17,251 nucleotides of DNA from an uncultured bacterium (lineage in GTDB: Bacteria; Schekmanbacteria; GWA2-38-11; J061). A program made the position numbers and the translations under genes. The notes under the pieces were generated by a model that ran no database searches, was not told the DNA's origin, and saw nothing but the letters and a program-made list of their open reading frames with translations. Shown here piece by piece: positions 1 to 9,799 of this stretch; the first letter of the stretch is position 1; each line of letters opens with the position of its first letter. The DNA lies in the NCBI GenBank assembly GCA_964549305.1, contig CAZJVM010000052.1, positions 1 to 17,251 of the forward strand, written 5' to 3'.

Positions 1-1214
1 CTCAACACCTCTGCGGGCTTTAACTTTGAGGCATACTTCGCGGGATATACAGTGGAAAGAAATGAGAGCAGAATGCTTGCGGCTATGATTAATATAACCG
101 AAAGAAAATTCACTTCAACGGGTATGTGTGAAGTGTAAAAAACGGTATCGTCAAGCTTCACTATTTCGTATTTTTCGAGAAGCCAGCAGAGAAAAAGGCC
201 TATGCCCGCGCCGGACAATGTACCGGCAATTCCCGTTATCAGACCTTCTATCATAAAAATCCGCATAATCTTTTTACCTGACGCGCCAAGGGTTTTCAGC
301 ACGGCGACATCTCCGCGCTTTTCTATGACGGTCATTATAAGGGTGTTGGTTATGTTGAATACGGCGACAATGACTATGAGAAGCAGAATGGAAAACATCG
401 CGTATTTTTCAAGCTTTAAAGCGCCGAAAAGATGCCTGTTCATTTCGCGCCACGTACGCACCCTCACGCCGTCTCCGAGAAGGACTGAAAGAGATTGAGC
501 TATTTCGTCTGCCCTGAAAATATTTTCAACATCGATGTCAATGGAGGAAATCACATTGCCTGCCGAGAGAAGGTCTCGTGCTGAAGCTATATCTATGAAT
601 GCCGCGGAGGAGTCAAACTGGTAGATGCCGCTTGAAAATATTCCTCCCACTTTGAATGTTCTCACCGTGGGAAAATATCCGAAAGGAGTCTGCACCCCGT
701 CGGGAAGCATAACCTTTACAGTCCCGCCTTCTGAAATTCCGAGATGCCTTGCAAGTTCCTTGCCCACATATATTGTTTTGCCTGTTGCGGTAAAATTCTT
801 TTTTTCGCTGTCATCCTTTAAAAGCCTTTCTATTTTCGAAAGCGCTTCCCTGTCGGAAAAATCAAATCCCACGACTTCAATTCCGGACGTACCCACGGAA
901 TTTAGAATAAGCGCCTGTATTCTCATTGTTGGGAATACGCTCTTTGTCATTCCGGAATTTCGCAGTTTTTCCACAATGGTAACGTAATCATCGATATATG
1001 CTCCGTTTTTCCCCTCAATGAGTATATTGGGTCTGGTGGACAGGGTCTTGTCGCGCAAGTCGCGCTCGAATCCGTTCATAACGGAAATAATGATTATCAG
1101 CGCCATCACACCCACGGTTATGCCCGCAACGGATATGAATGAAATCGCCGAGAGAAGACGGTTTCTTTTTTTGCCTCTAAGATATCTTCGCGCTATGAAA
1201 TAATTTACATTCAC
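1..1214 (-). CDS. Lipoprotein-releasing ABC transporter permease, LolC/LolE/LolF family (hook-containing, LolC-like); 3' end runs just off the window
   Basis: Not in the ORF track; translated by hand from GTG at 1214 (GAAAGGG upstream): MNVNYFIARRYLRGKKRNRLLSAISFISVAGITVGVMALIIIISVMNGFERDLRDK...TWREMNRHLFGALKLEK...AVLKTLGAS...VYPAKYASKLKPAEVL. Family motifs SVMNGF, LKTLGAS and YPAxxA are present. The frame is open to the window edge. Confidence 0.92.
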   Translation of the reverse strand, partial: MNVNYFIARRYLRGKKRNRLLSAISFISVAGITVGVMALIIIISVMNGFERDLRDKTLSTRPNILIEGKNGAYIDDYVTIVEKLRNSGMTKSVFPTMRIQALILNSVGTSGIEVVGFDFSDREALSKIERLLKDDSEKKNFTATGKTIYVGKELARHLGISEGGTVKVMLPDGVQTPFGYFPTVRTFKVGGIFSSGIYQFDSSAAFIDIASARDLLSAGNVISSIDIDVENIFRADEIAQSLSVLLGDGVRVRTWREMNRHLFGALKLEKYAMFSILLLIVIVAVFNITNTLIMTVIEKRGDVAVLKTLGASGKKIMRIFMIEGLITGIAGTLSGAGIGLFLCWLLEKYEIVKLDDTVFYTSHIPVEVNFLSVILIIAASILLSFLSTVYPAKYASKLKPAEVL

Positions 1215-1228
1215 GTCAACCCTTTCCG

Positions 1229-2446
1229 TTACTCATATCTTAAAAGTTCCACAGGATTCTGTCTCGACGCCTGCCACGCGGGAAATACGGAAAAGAAAAG
1301 CGAGACTGCAACGGCATAAACCGTAACCATTAAAAATGTCAAAGGACTCATCGAAACGGGAAGAGTCTTCATATAGTAAATGGTAAAATCTATATCTATG
1401 AAAGGATAATTTTTCAGAATATAGCAGAGGGCAAAAGCAATAGCGTTTCCGGCAACAATGCCAGTCGCGCCAATTACGAGCCCTTTCAGCATAAACAGCT
1501 TTATAATCGATTTTTTCGATGCGCCCATTGATTTAAGCACCGCTATCTCCCGCCTTCTGTCAAGGACGCTTATGAGAAGTGTGCTCATTATGTTGAATGA
1601 CGCGACGAGTATAATGAGCATAACGATTATGAATAGCATTATTTTTTGGGTACGAAGGGCTGAAAAAAGATTGCTGTTCATCCTTTTCCACGTTTGGGTG
1701 TAGTATGGATAGGCGTATTTTTCCCGTATTCCCTCTTCCACTTCATCGACATCTTCGGGGTTTTCAATTCTCATTTCCACTGCCGAAACGCTTTCTCTCA
1801 AACCCGTTATGGCACTTACAGTGGCAAGTGACGTATAGGCAAGACTTCTGTCCCACTCATACATTCCGCTGTCAAATATTCCCGCGACGCGAAAAGTGAA
1901 TATTTCAGGCACAACCGCCCTTCCCGCGCCTGAGGTGCGCGGCACGAGGCACCTGACGGTATCTCCCTCCGATACGCCGAGAGATGACGCGAGTTCTGTG
2001 CCGAGAATAATCTTTTTTCCTCCTTCGAGAAAAAAATCATCACTCACATCGAGTTTTGAAAATCCTCTGACCACATCAAGGTATTCCGGCAAAACACCTT
2101 TGATGACGATACCCTCCTTTTTATCTCCCGACGTAAGCATTACTTCGAGATAACTGAAAGGGTCAGCGCGCACAACCCCCTTCTCTTTTTCGAGATTACG
2201 GGAAAGTTCTTCATAAGAGGAGATGGTCCCTCCTTCTGCTGAATTGAAAAGGATGATATGGGCATTGGCACCTAAAATCTTGTCGCGCATTATATCCTCA
2301 TATCCGTCTATTACAGAGAGGACGACTATTAATACGGCAACTCCGAGTGTAATGCCGGCCGATGAGATGAATGTTACCATTGAAAGAAAGCGACTTCCGC
2401 TTCTTCCCTGCAGAAAGCGCAATCCTACAAAGGATTCAAATGACAT
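1229..2446 (-). CDS. Lipoprotein-releasing ABC transporter permease, LolC/LolE family (405 aa)
   Basis: N-terminal TM helix with SVIDGY..RDKILG, a periplasmic domain (GIFDSGMYEWD), TWKRMN, REIAVLKSMGAS and C-terminal FPAWQASRQNPVELLRYE. Confidence 0.93.
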   Translation of the reverse strand: MSFESFVGLRFLQGRSGSRFLSMVTFISSAGITLGVAVLIVVLSVIDGYEDIMRDKILGANAHIILFNSAEGGTISSYEELSRNLEKEKGVVRADPFSYLEVMLTSGDKKEGIVIKGVLPEYLDVVRGFSKLDVSDDFFLEGGKKIILGTELASSLGVSEGDTVRCLVPRTSGAGRAVVPEIFTFRVAGIFDSGMYEWDRSLAYTSLATVSAITGLRESVSAVEMRIENPEDVDEVEEGIREKYAYPYYTQTWKRMNSNLFSALRTQKIMLFIIVMLIILVASFNIMSTLLISVLDRRREIAVLKSMGASKKSIIKLFMLKGLVIGATGIVAGNAIAFALCYILKNYPFIDIDFTIYYMKTLPVSMSPLTFLMVTVYAVAVSLFFSVFPAWQASRQNPVELLRYE

Positions 2447-2450
2447 TGTT

Positions 2451-3935
2451 TCAGTTTTCCGGTTTCATTTGCGGGAAAAGAATTACGTCTCTGATAGAGG
2501 AAGAACCCGTAAGAATCATTACAAGACGGTCAATACCTATACCCTCGCCCGCAGTGGGAGGCATTCCGTATTCAAGCGCCCTAATGTAATCGGTGTCCAT
2601 ATAGTGGGCTTCTTCGTCTCCCGCTTCCCTGTTTTTAACCTGTTCACTGAATCTTCCGAGCTGGTCAACGGGGTCATTTAGCTCGCTGAACGCGTTCGCC
2701 ACTTCAAATCCGCCTATGAACAATTCGAATCTGTCAACAAGCGAAGGGTCGGATTCCTTCCTTCTTGAAAGCGGGGAAACCTCAACGGGAAAATCATAGA
2801 TGAAAGTGGGATTGATGAGCTTGGGTTCCACGATAAGTTCAAATATCTCCGTAATAAGCTTTCCCGCAGGCATCGATTTGTCAATATTCTGCACGCCGAT
2901 TCGTTCTGCCTCACTGTATGCCGATTCAGAATCCTTAAGCAGTTCGCTCTTTATTCCGCCGATTTTTTCGATTGCCTCTAACATTGTCATTCTCTGCCAC
3001 GGAGGAGAAAGGTCAATGGATTTGCCGTTGAAGGTAAAGGACATATCTCCGCATATTTTCTGCGCGACGCCTGATATCAGTTTTTCGGTAAAATCCATCA
3101 ATTCCCTGTATGTGGCATAGGCGTAGTAGAATTCCATCATAGTAAACTCGGGATTGTGCTGTGTGGATATACCTTCATTCCTGAAATTACGGTTTATCTC
3201 ATAGACTCTTTCGAAACCGCCGACTATCAGGCGCTTAAGATAAAGCTCGGGAGCTATTCTGAGAAACAGGTCTATATTCAGGGCATTATGATGTGTTTCG
3301 AAGGGTTTTGCCGCGGCGCCTCCGGGAATGGGATGCATCATCGGCGTTTCCACTTCGAGAAAGCCGTTTTCATCCATAAATGTCCTCATCTCTTTTATAA
3401 TCCTGCTTCTTTTCACAAAAACATCCTTAACATTGGGATTTACGATAAGGTCCACATATCTCTGCCGGTATCTAAGCTCCACATTCTTGAGTCCGTGCCA
3501 TTTTTCCGGAAGAGGCCTGAGGCTTTTAGTAACAAGGCGTATATCGCTTCCCCACACCGTCAGCTCTCCCGTTCTTGTTTTGAAGGGTTTACCCCTGACA
3601 AAGACAAAATCGCCGATATCGAGAAACTTTTTGGAAAACTTATACTTCTCTTCCCCCAAATCGTTAAAGCGCACCATAATCTGCATCTTTGCCGTGGCGT
3701 CCTGAATGTGCATAAAGGTGGTTTTCCCCATTACCCGTACTGTGATTATCCTTCCGGAAACACAGAATTCATCCTTCACATCTTCAAATTCTTTGTCATT
3801 CTTGTCGCCGAAATTATCTATTACCTGTTTAAGGGGAGTAATTTCCGGTATGTCGTTGGGAAAGGGGTTTATTCCCATTTTTCTAAGCTCGTCGAGTTTT
3901 TCCTTTCGCTTCGCTATAAGCTCATTGTCTTCCAA
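2451..3935 (-). CDS. lysS: Lysine--tRNA ligase (class II)
   Basis: Motifs [43 protein letters not shown] and [19 protein letters not shown] start preceded by AGAGGTG. Confidence 0.98.
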   Translation of the reverse strand: MEDNELIAKRKEKLDELRKMGINPFPNDIPEITPLKQVIDNFGDKNDKEFEDVKDEFCVSGRIITVRVMGKTTFMHIQDATAKMQIMVRFNDLGEEKYKFSKKFLDIGDFVFVRGKPFKTRTGELTVWGSDIRLVTKSLRPLPEKWHGLKNVELRYRQRYVDLIVNPNVKDVFVKRSRIIKEMRTFMDENGFLEVETPMMHPIPGGAAAKPFETHHNALNIDLFLRIAPELYLKRLIVGGFERVYEINRNFRNEGISTQHNPEFTMMEFYYAYATYRELMDFTEKLISGVAQKICGDMSFTFNGKSIDLSPPWQRMTMLEAIEKIGGIKSELLKDSESAYSEAERIGVQNIDKSMPAGKLITEIFELIVEPKLINPTFIYDFPVEVSPLSRRKESDPSLVDRFELFIGGFEVANAFSELNDPVDQLGRFSEQVKNREAGDEEAHYMDTDYIRALEYGMPPTAGEGIGIDRLVMILTGSSSIRDVILFPQMKPEN

Positions 3936-3978
3936 TTTTTCACCTCTCGTTCTTAATAATCTTATTCACTGATTTCTA

Positions 3979-5080
3979 TTAATTCCTTCCCGCGCTGACG
4001 AGATAGGACTCGATAAAACGGTCGATGTCACCGTCAAGCACCGCGTCCGCGTTCCCTATTTCCACTTCCGTTCTGTGGTCCTTTACCATTCTGTATGGAT
4101 GGAGCACATAAGAGCGTATCTGATGACCCCAGGCAATATCGGTCTTCTGACTGTTAATGACGTCCATCTTTTCCTTTTCTTCCTGAAGTTTCAGCTCATA
4201 TAATCTCGACTTCAGAATCTTCATTGCCGTTGCCTTATTTTGAAATTGCGAACGCTCATTCTGGCATCCCACGACGATTCCCGAAGGGAGATGGGTAATG
4301 CGCACTGCCGTGTCTGATTTATTAACGTGCTGTCCTCCCGCGCCTCCTGCCCTGAATGTATCAATCCTCAATTCATCGTCTTTAATATCAATGGTAATAT
4401 CATCATCTACTTCAGGCGTTACGAAAACCGATGCAAATGAAGTATGCCTTCTCTTGTTTGCATCAAAGGGGGATATTCTTACAAGCCTGTGTATACCGCT
4501 TTCGGCTTTGAGATACCCGTAAGAATATTCGCCGCTTATTGTGATGATTACGTTTTTTATGCCCGCTTCATCACCTTGCTGTAAATCGTTAATTTCCGAA
4601 CGATACCCTCTTCTCTCTGCCCATCGCAGATACATTCTCATAAGCATCTGAGCCCAATCCTGCGACTCTGTGCCACCTGCGCCCGGATGTATTGTCAGAA
4701 TAGCATTTTTTAAATCATCTGTGCCTGAGAGAAGGATTCTAACCTCGCTCTTTTCGAGCTCGCTTGCAAGGTTGGTAATTTCCTCTTCAAGCTCATTCTG
4801 CATCTGTTCCTCATCTTCGCCTGCGCATAATTCATAAAGCTCGCTTACATCCTTAGATTTGCGGTCAAGAGACTCCCATTCGTTTATCGCCTTCTCTATG
4901 TTTTTTCTTTCCGCGAGGATTTTTTTTGCCCCGTCCTTGTCTTTCCAGAATTTCTCATCAGAAATGAGCGACTCCAGTTCTTCAAGGCGTTTTTTTCGTT
5001 TAGGCAGGTCAAAGATGCCTCCCGAGGTCTTCTATTCTTTTTTCAATATCTCCGACAATTTTTTCCGCATCAAAATCCAT
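3979..5080 (-). CDS. prfB: Peptide chain release factor 2, translated through a programmed +1 frameshift (about 366 aa)
   Basis: ATG at 5080 (GGAGG at 5094-5090) gives MDFDAEKIVGDIEKRIEDLGRHL, then CTT-TGA-C. The +1 frame from 5010 (DLPKRKKRLEELE...FWKD...) is open and joins the track ORF 4803-3979, which has the SPF motif (RISPFD) and GGQ. Confidence 0.97.
5008..5023 (-). promoter_or_regulatory. prfB programmed +1 ribosomal frameshift cassette
   Basis: The minus strand reads GGGAGG-CAT-CTT-TGA-C: an internal SD 3 nt before the canonical CTTTGAC shift site. Confidence 0.97.
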
Positions 5081-5093
5081 TGAAATTTTCCTC

Positions 5094-5891
5094 CTAAGCA
5101 AAATACTTTATAAATATATACCACACCGGCGCTGTAAAAAGAAGGGCATCTATTCTGTCAAGAATTCCTCCGTGTCCCGGTATGATGTTTCCCGAATCTT
5201 TAACTCCCGCATTCCTCTTTAAAAGTGATTCGAGCAAATCTCCGAATGTGGCGGCAAGGGATATTAAAACACCAAGCACAATGGCGCTCCCTAAGGGCAT
5301 ATTTCCCGCAAAGTGCCATAAAAGAAAAACAACAGTCGTTAAAAAAATACCCCCCGCAAGTCCTTCATAGGTTTTATTTGGACTTACCACGGGCGACATC
5401 TTTCGTTTTCCCCATTTCTTTCCCGTGAAGTACGCGCCCGAGTCGCTTGCCCATGTGGCAAAAAGTACCCCATAGACATAAATAATCCCCTTATCATCTC
5501 CCCTTATGTTTATCATACAGGCAAGGGGCACCGAAATGAGGATAACCGAAAAAAGGAACAGGAATATCTTTTTTGGCAAACTAACATTTCCTGTGAGCGG
5601 TTTCAGCTTCAATGCAAGAGTTATTATAAAAAACGCGAAGAGAAAGACGGGAAATATTCCGTCGCGAAGAGCGATTGAGAAATAAAAGACTCCAGCAAGT
5701 CCTGATAAAAGGAGAGGTACGCGCCACAATGAAATATTGTTTTGTAAAAAAATATTCCTTAATTCATCAAGGGATAAAATAGCGAGGATAAAAGCGATAA
5801 TGTAAAATGCCGTTATTCCCCCCATCTCGATAACGAGAATAACCGCGGCAATCATTATCAGCGCCGAATAATACCTCTTTGATTCACTCAT
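5094..5891 (-). CDS. cdsA: Phosphatidate cytidylyltransferase
   Basis: Hydrophobic multi-TM protein with DSGAYFTG, SPNKTYEG and GDLLESLLKRNAGVKDSGNIIPGHGGILDRIDA. Lies directly after uppS. Confidence 0.97.
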   Translation of the reverse strand: MSESKRYYSALIMIAAVILVIEMGGITAFYIIAFILAILSLDELRNIFLQNNISLWRVPLLLSGLAGVFYFSIALRDGIFPVFLFAFFIITLALKLKPLTGNVSLPKKIFLFLFSVILISVPLACMINIRGDDKGIIYVYGVLFATWASDSGAYFTGKKWGKRKMSPVVSPNKTYEGLAGGIFLTTVVFLLWHFAGNMPLGSAIVLGVLISLAATFGDLLESLLKRNAGVKDSGNIIPGHGGILDRIDALLFTAPVWYIFIKYFA

Positions 5892-5903
5892 GGAAAGTTT
5901 ATG

Positions 5904-6677
5904 CTAACGGGAGACTGATTTTGTTTTCTGAATCTGGTCAGCCGTAAGGCCAAACCTTCTTTCACGTCTCTGGTAATCGAGTATAGCTTCAAAAAGATGC
6001 TTCCTTTCAAAATCCGGCCAAAAAACAGGCGTAAACCATATTTCCGCGTATGCCATCTGCCAGAGAAGAAAATTAGATATTCTCAATTCTCCGCTCGTTC
6101 TTATCATAAGGTCGAGAGGAGGCAGGTCTGCCGTGTAAAGATATTTTTCAAATTCGTATTCGTCGATTTTCGAAAGGCTGATTTTTCCGTTTCTGTAATC
6201 TTCGGAAATCTTTTTTACGGCATCGACAATCTCAGTCCTGCTTCCGTAACTCAGAGCGAGATTGAGCACCATTCCGTCATTGGAAGACGTCTTTGACATC
6301 ACATCATCGAGAATATGACGCACATCGGCAGGAAGCAAATCAATATGCCCCATTGCCGAAAGCCGTACGTTATTCTGCTGCATCTCCTCATATTCCTCGA
6401 GAAGAAACCTTTTTAAAAGCATCATTAGCGCCTTTATTTCCGCTTTAGGCCTTTTCCAGTTTTCAATGGAAAATGTATATAGCGTAAGCGCGTCCACATT
6501 GAGCTCTCTGCAAGCCATGACAACCCTTCTCACGGTTTCGGTGGCTTTTCTGTGACCGTTTATCCTGCTAAGGTTCCTTTTTTTTGCCCACCTGCCGTTG
6601 CCGTCCATAATAATGGCAATATGCGAAGGAATCCTTTTGGGGTCAATACTTTTTAAAAGTTTTTCCTCGTTGGTCAT
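5904..6677 (-). CDS. uppS: Undecaprenyl diphosphate synthase (isoprenyl transferase)
   Basis: Motifs HIAIIMDGNGRWA, FSIENWKRP, LALSYGSR and IRTSGELRISNFLLWQMAYAE. Confidence 0.98.
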   Translation of the reverse strand: MTNEEKLLKSIDPKRIPSHIAIIMDGNGRWAKKRNLSRINGHRKATETVRRVVMACRELNVDALTLYTFSIENWKRPKAEIKALMMLLKRFLLEEYEEMQQNNVRLSAMGHIDLLPADVRHILDDVMSKTSSNDGMVLNLALSYGSRTEIVDAVKKISEDYRNGKISLSKIDEYEFEKYLYTADLPPLDLMIRTSGELRISNFLLWQMAYAEIWFTPVFWPDFERKHLFEAILDYQRRERRFGLTADQIQKTKSVSR

Positions 6678-6691
6678 AAAATATTCCGCAT

Positions 6692-6731
6692 AAACTAAAA
6701 AGGGCGAAGATTAAAATCAGCTTCGCCCTTT
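6692..6731 (-). terminator. Rho-independent terminator downstream of the ferredoxin gene
   Basis: Minus strand AAAGGGCGAAG-CTGATTTTAAT-CTTCGCCCTTT-TTAGTTT: a perfect 11-bp inverted repeat (6699-6709 / 6721-6731) running into a T-rich tract, 18 nt after the ferredoxin stop. Confidence 0.8.
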
Positions 6732-6749
6732 GAAATTTCTATTTCATTT

Positions 6750-6917
6750 TTATTCACCCGGTTTAATTGCGTCTACCGGACACGATTCAACACAGGTACC
6801 GCAGTCAGTGCAGGTATCTTTAATTGCGTAAGCGTCCCCTGATTCTTCAATAGCCTGAACGGGGCAAACCTCCGCACAAGTGCCACAGGCAATACATTCA
6901 TCTGTAATAACATGCAT
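6750..6917 (-). CDS. 2[4Fe-4S] ferredoxin, clostridial type (55 aa)
   Basis: Two CxxCxxCxxxCP motifs (CIACGTCAEVCP and CTDCGTCVESCP). Start moved to ATG at 6917 because a strong SD (AAGGAGGT) lies inside the longer track ORF. Confidence 0.95.
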   Translation of the reverse strand: MHVITDECIACGTCAEVCPVQAIEESGDAYAIKDTCTDCGTCVESCPVDAIKPGE

Positions 6918-6953
6918 CTCTGAAACACCTCCTTCCACGAAAGATAAATAGCA

Positions 6954-7511
6954 TTAAATTGTTAAAATCTCTTCTTCCTTAACTTTTAATATATTGTCTA
7001 TTTTTTCAACATATGAATCAGTAAGTTTCTGAACCTTTTCCATAGTTTTTTTTATCTCATCCTCAGAAACATGTCCGTCCTTCTCGAGCTTTTTGAGCTT
7101 TTCGTTTCCGTCCCTGCGTGCGTTTCTTACACTTACCTTTTCTTTTTCCGCCATCTTCTTTATGTTTTTGACAAGCTCGCGCCTTCTTTCCTCGGTAAGT
7201 TCGGGAATGGGTATTCTTATGACTTTTCCGTCGCTATTGGGATTTATACCCAAATCCGATTTCATTATGGCTTTCTCTATCTGTGCTATCACTTTCGTAT
7301 CCCATGGTTGAATGACAATGAGCCGGCTTTCCGGAATTGAAATCGTTGCAAGCTGGTTTATGGGAGTGGGAGTATCAAAGTAGTCGACACGAACAGTATC
7401 GAGAATGGACGCATTAGCCCTTCCTGTCCTTACGGTCGCAAGTTCCTTTACGAGGAAGGAAACGGCCTTTTCCATTTGTTCTTCTACTTCCAGAAGCACT
7501 TCTTCATTCAT
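6954..7511 (-). CDS. frr: Ribosome recycling factor
   Basis: Motifs VRTGRAN, IQPWD, PELTEERRRELVK and VRNARRD; 185 aa; follows pyrH. Confidence 0.98.
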   Translation of the reverse strand: MNEEVLLEVEEQMEKAVSFLVKELATVRTGRANASILDTVRVDYFDTPTPINQLATISIPESRLIVIQPWDTKVIAQIEKAIMKSDLGINPNSDGKVIRIPIPELTEERRRELVKNIKKMAEKEKVSVRNARRDGNEKLKKLEKDGHVSEDEIKKTMEKVQKLTDSYVEKIDNILKVKEEEILTI

Positions 7512-7514
7512 AGT

Positions 7515-8234
7515 TCACCCCTTTACGGTGGTCCCTACTAACTGACCTTTAACAACTTTTCTTAAATTTCCGTGCTTATTCAAATTGAAAACGATAATAT
7601 CAAGCTTGTTATCCATACACAAGGAAATAGCCGTATAATCCATAACGCGCAATCTTTTCTCGAGAACCTGAAGGTAAGTGAGTTTTTTGAACATCTTCGC
7701 TTTCTTGTCCTTCATCGGGTCGGATGTAAAAACACCGTCAACTTTAGTGGCTTTAAGAAACACTTCCGCTTTGATTTCAATACCTCTCAGTGACGCGGCG
7801 GTATCAGTTGTAAAAAAAGGATTTCCCGTTCCCGCGGCAAATATGACGACTCGCTTCTTTTCAAGATGCCTGACCGCCCTTCTGCGAATATAGGGCTCGG
7901 CAACATCGCGCATTTCGATAGCCGAGAGCACTCTCGTATAAACATCCATATTTTCAAGGGTGCTTTGAAGAGCAAGCCCGTTTATAACTGTGGCAAGCAT
8001 CCCCATATAATCGGCAGATGCTCTGTCCATCTCTCTTGCAGACGCGCTTACCCCTCTGAAGATATTACCGCCCCCGACTACGACAGCTATTTCAACGCCG
8101 AGACTGTGAATGTCCTTAATCTCTGAGGCAACCTTCTTGATTACATCGAGGTCGATACCAGAACCGGATTCTCCGGCAAGTATTTCTCCGGATACCTTTA
8201 AAAGAATCCTTTTATATTTTATTTTTCCGGCCAT
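7515..8234 (-). CDS. pyrH: UMP kinase
   Basis: Motifs [43 protein letters not shown] and KATKVDGV. Confidence 0.98.
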   Translation of the reverse strand: MAGKIKYKRILLKVSGEILAGESGSGIDLDVIKKVASEIKDIHSLGVEIAVVVGGGNIFRGVSASAREMDRASADYMGMLATVINGLALQSTLENMDVYTRVLSAIEMRDVAEPYIRRRAVRHLEKKRVVIFAAGTGNPFFTTDTAASLRGIEIKAEVFLKATKVDGVFTSDPMKDKKAKMFKKLTYLQVLEKRLRVMDYTAISLCMDNKLDIIVFNLNKHGNLRKVVKGQLVGTTVKG

Positions 8235-8264
8235 GGACTGTTAGAAGTATGACGATGAAAAAAG

Positions 8265-8861
8265 TCAGTTTTCACCTAACTGAAATCTGACAAACCTTTT
8301 AACGCTTATATTTTCTCCGACCTTTGCAATAACGGAATCAACTATATCTTTTACCGTTTTATCGCCATCCTTAATATAAACCTGATCCATCAGACATACT
8401 GACTCGAAGAACTTCTCCAGGCGTCCCGTTGCTATCTTTTCAAGAATTTTTTCCGGCTTTCCTGAATCTTTCGCCTGAGAAATGTATATATCCTTTTCCT
8501 TGTTCACTTCCGCTTCCGGGACTTCATCCCTGCGTACATACTTGGGATTCGCCGCGGCGACCTGCATTGAAAGGTCTTTGACAAGCTCAAGAAAATCCTC
8601 GGTTTTCCCGACAAAATCCGTTTCGCAGTTAACCTCTATGAGTACGCCGATTTTTCCGCCCGCGTGTATATACGACCCAACCTGTCCCGCGGATGTGGCT
8701 CTTGATGCCCTTTTCTGAGCAGACGCAAGCCCCTTTTTTCTTAAAAAATCAATTGCTTTCTCAAAATCGCCATTGCTTTCCTGAAGAGCTTCCTTGCAGT
8801 CAAGAATGCCTGCCCCCGTTTTATCTCTTAAAGATTTAACTGTTTCCGCTGATACTGACAT
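8265..8861 (-). CDS. tsf: Translation elongation factor Ts (short form, about 198 aa)
   Basis: Motifs LRDKTGAGILDCKEAL, LRKKG, EVNCETDFV and RFVRFQLGE. ATG at 8861 is preferred over GTG at 8864 on spacing from the AGGAG SD. Confidence 0.97.
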   Translation of the reverse strand: MSVSAETVKSLRDKTGAGILDCKEALQESNGDFEKAIDFLRKKGLASAQKRASRATSAGQVGSYIHAGGKIGVLIEVNCETDFVGKTEDFLELVKDLSMQVAAANPKYVRRDEVPEAEVNKEKDIYISQAKDSGKPEKILEKIATGRLEKFFESVCLMDQVYIKDGDKTVKDIVDSVIAKVGENISVKRFVRFQLGEN

Positions 8862-8914
8862 CACTTTCTCCTAACTATATGATACTCGCTCCCGCGATTT
8901 TCTTTTTATAAAAC

Positions 8915-9712
8915 CTAACTATCAAGCGAATCGTCCGCCGTCGTCGGTTTCGATTCAATTTCGGTATCTACAGTCGTGCCTTCATCACCTTCTTCGCCTT
9001 CTTTTTCCACTACTATTTCTTTCTCTTTTAATAATTCTTTTCCCTCTAAAACAGCATCTGCAAGAGATGAAGTAATGACTTTAATTGACCTGATTGCGTC
9101 ATCGTTTCCCGGAATCACAAAATCAATAAGGTCAGGATCGCAGTTTGTGTCTACCAGCGCTATGACGGGTACTCCGAGAATTTTTGCTTCATTTACGCAA
9201 ATTCTTTCCTTCTTGGGGTCAATGACAAAAATCACGTCGGGTATTCTTTTAAGAGTTTTTATTCCGCCGAAATATCTTTCAAGCTTGATTCTTTCCTTCT
9301 CAAGTTTGATTGCTTCTTTCTTTGTCATAGCATCATAAATACCCGCCAACTTCATTTCCTCAATCTCAATCAGTTTCTTTACACTTTTTGAAATAGTTTC
9401 AAAGTTGGTAAGTGTTCCGCCAAGCCATCTTTCGGAAACAAAAGGGCAACCCGCTCTATCCGATTCTTCCCTGATTATTTCAGCTGCTTGTTTTTTAGTT
9501 CCGACAAAGAGAACAACAGCACCTTCAGCAGCTTTGTTCTTAACGAAGCTTTCGGCTTCATCAAAAAGCTTTACCGTCTTTTGAAGATCGATAATATAGA
9601 TGTTGTGTTTTGCTCCGAAAATATATTTCTTCATTTTCGGATTCCATCTCTTTGTCTGGTGACCGAAATGGACACCGTTTTCAAGAAGTGCTTTCATGGA
9701 CATAGTACTCAA
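8915..9712 (-). CDS. rpsB: 30S ribosomal protein S2
   Basis: Motifs [40 protein letters not shown] and [12 protein letters not shown] start 7 nt after AAGGAG. Confidence 0.98.
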   Translation of the reverse strand: MSTMSMKALLENGVHFGHQTKRWNPKMKKYIFGAKHNIYIIDLQKTVKLFDEAESFVKNKAAEGAVVLFVGTKKQAAEIIREESDRAGCPFVSERWLGGTLTNFETISKSVKKLIEIEEMKLAGIYDAMTKKEAIKLEKERIKLERYFGGIKTLKRIPDVIFVIDPKKERICVNEAKILGVPVIALVDTNCDPDLIDFVIPGNDDAIRSIKVITSSLADAVLEGKELLKEKEIVVEKEGEEGDEGTTVDTEIESKPTTADDSLDS

Positions 9713-9799
9713 CTATCCACTCCTTTCATTTCATGTTAAATGTTTGTTAGTTTAGTTAATCAGCCAACTCAATTACAAAATATTTTTTTTAATTGGCAA

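Noticed and set aside
3156..3956. 266-aa plus-strand ORF
   Set aside because: It lies almost entirely antisense to lysS and has no recognisable motifs; a shadow ORF.
5008..5014. prfB as a pseudogene because of the in-frame TGA
   Set aside because: It is the canonical programmed frameshift site with its internal SD.
8928..8956. Inverted repeat GAATCG...CGATTC at the end of rpsB as a possible rpsB-tsf attenuator
   Set aside because: Short, inside the coding sequence and without an adjacent T-tract.
8915..9030. Acidic C-terminal tail of S2
   Set aside because: Variable acidic tails are common in RpsB proteins.
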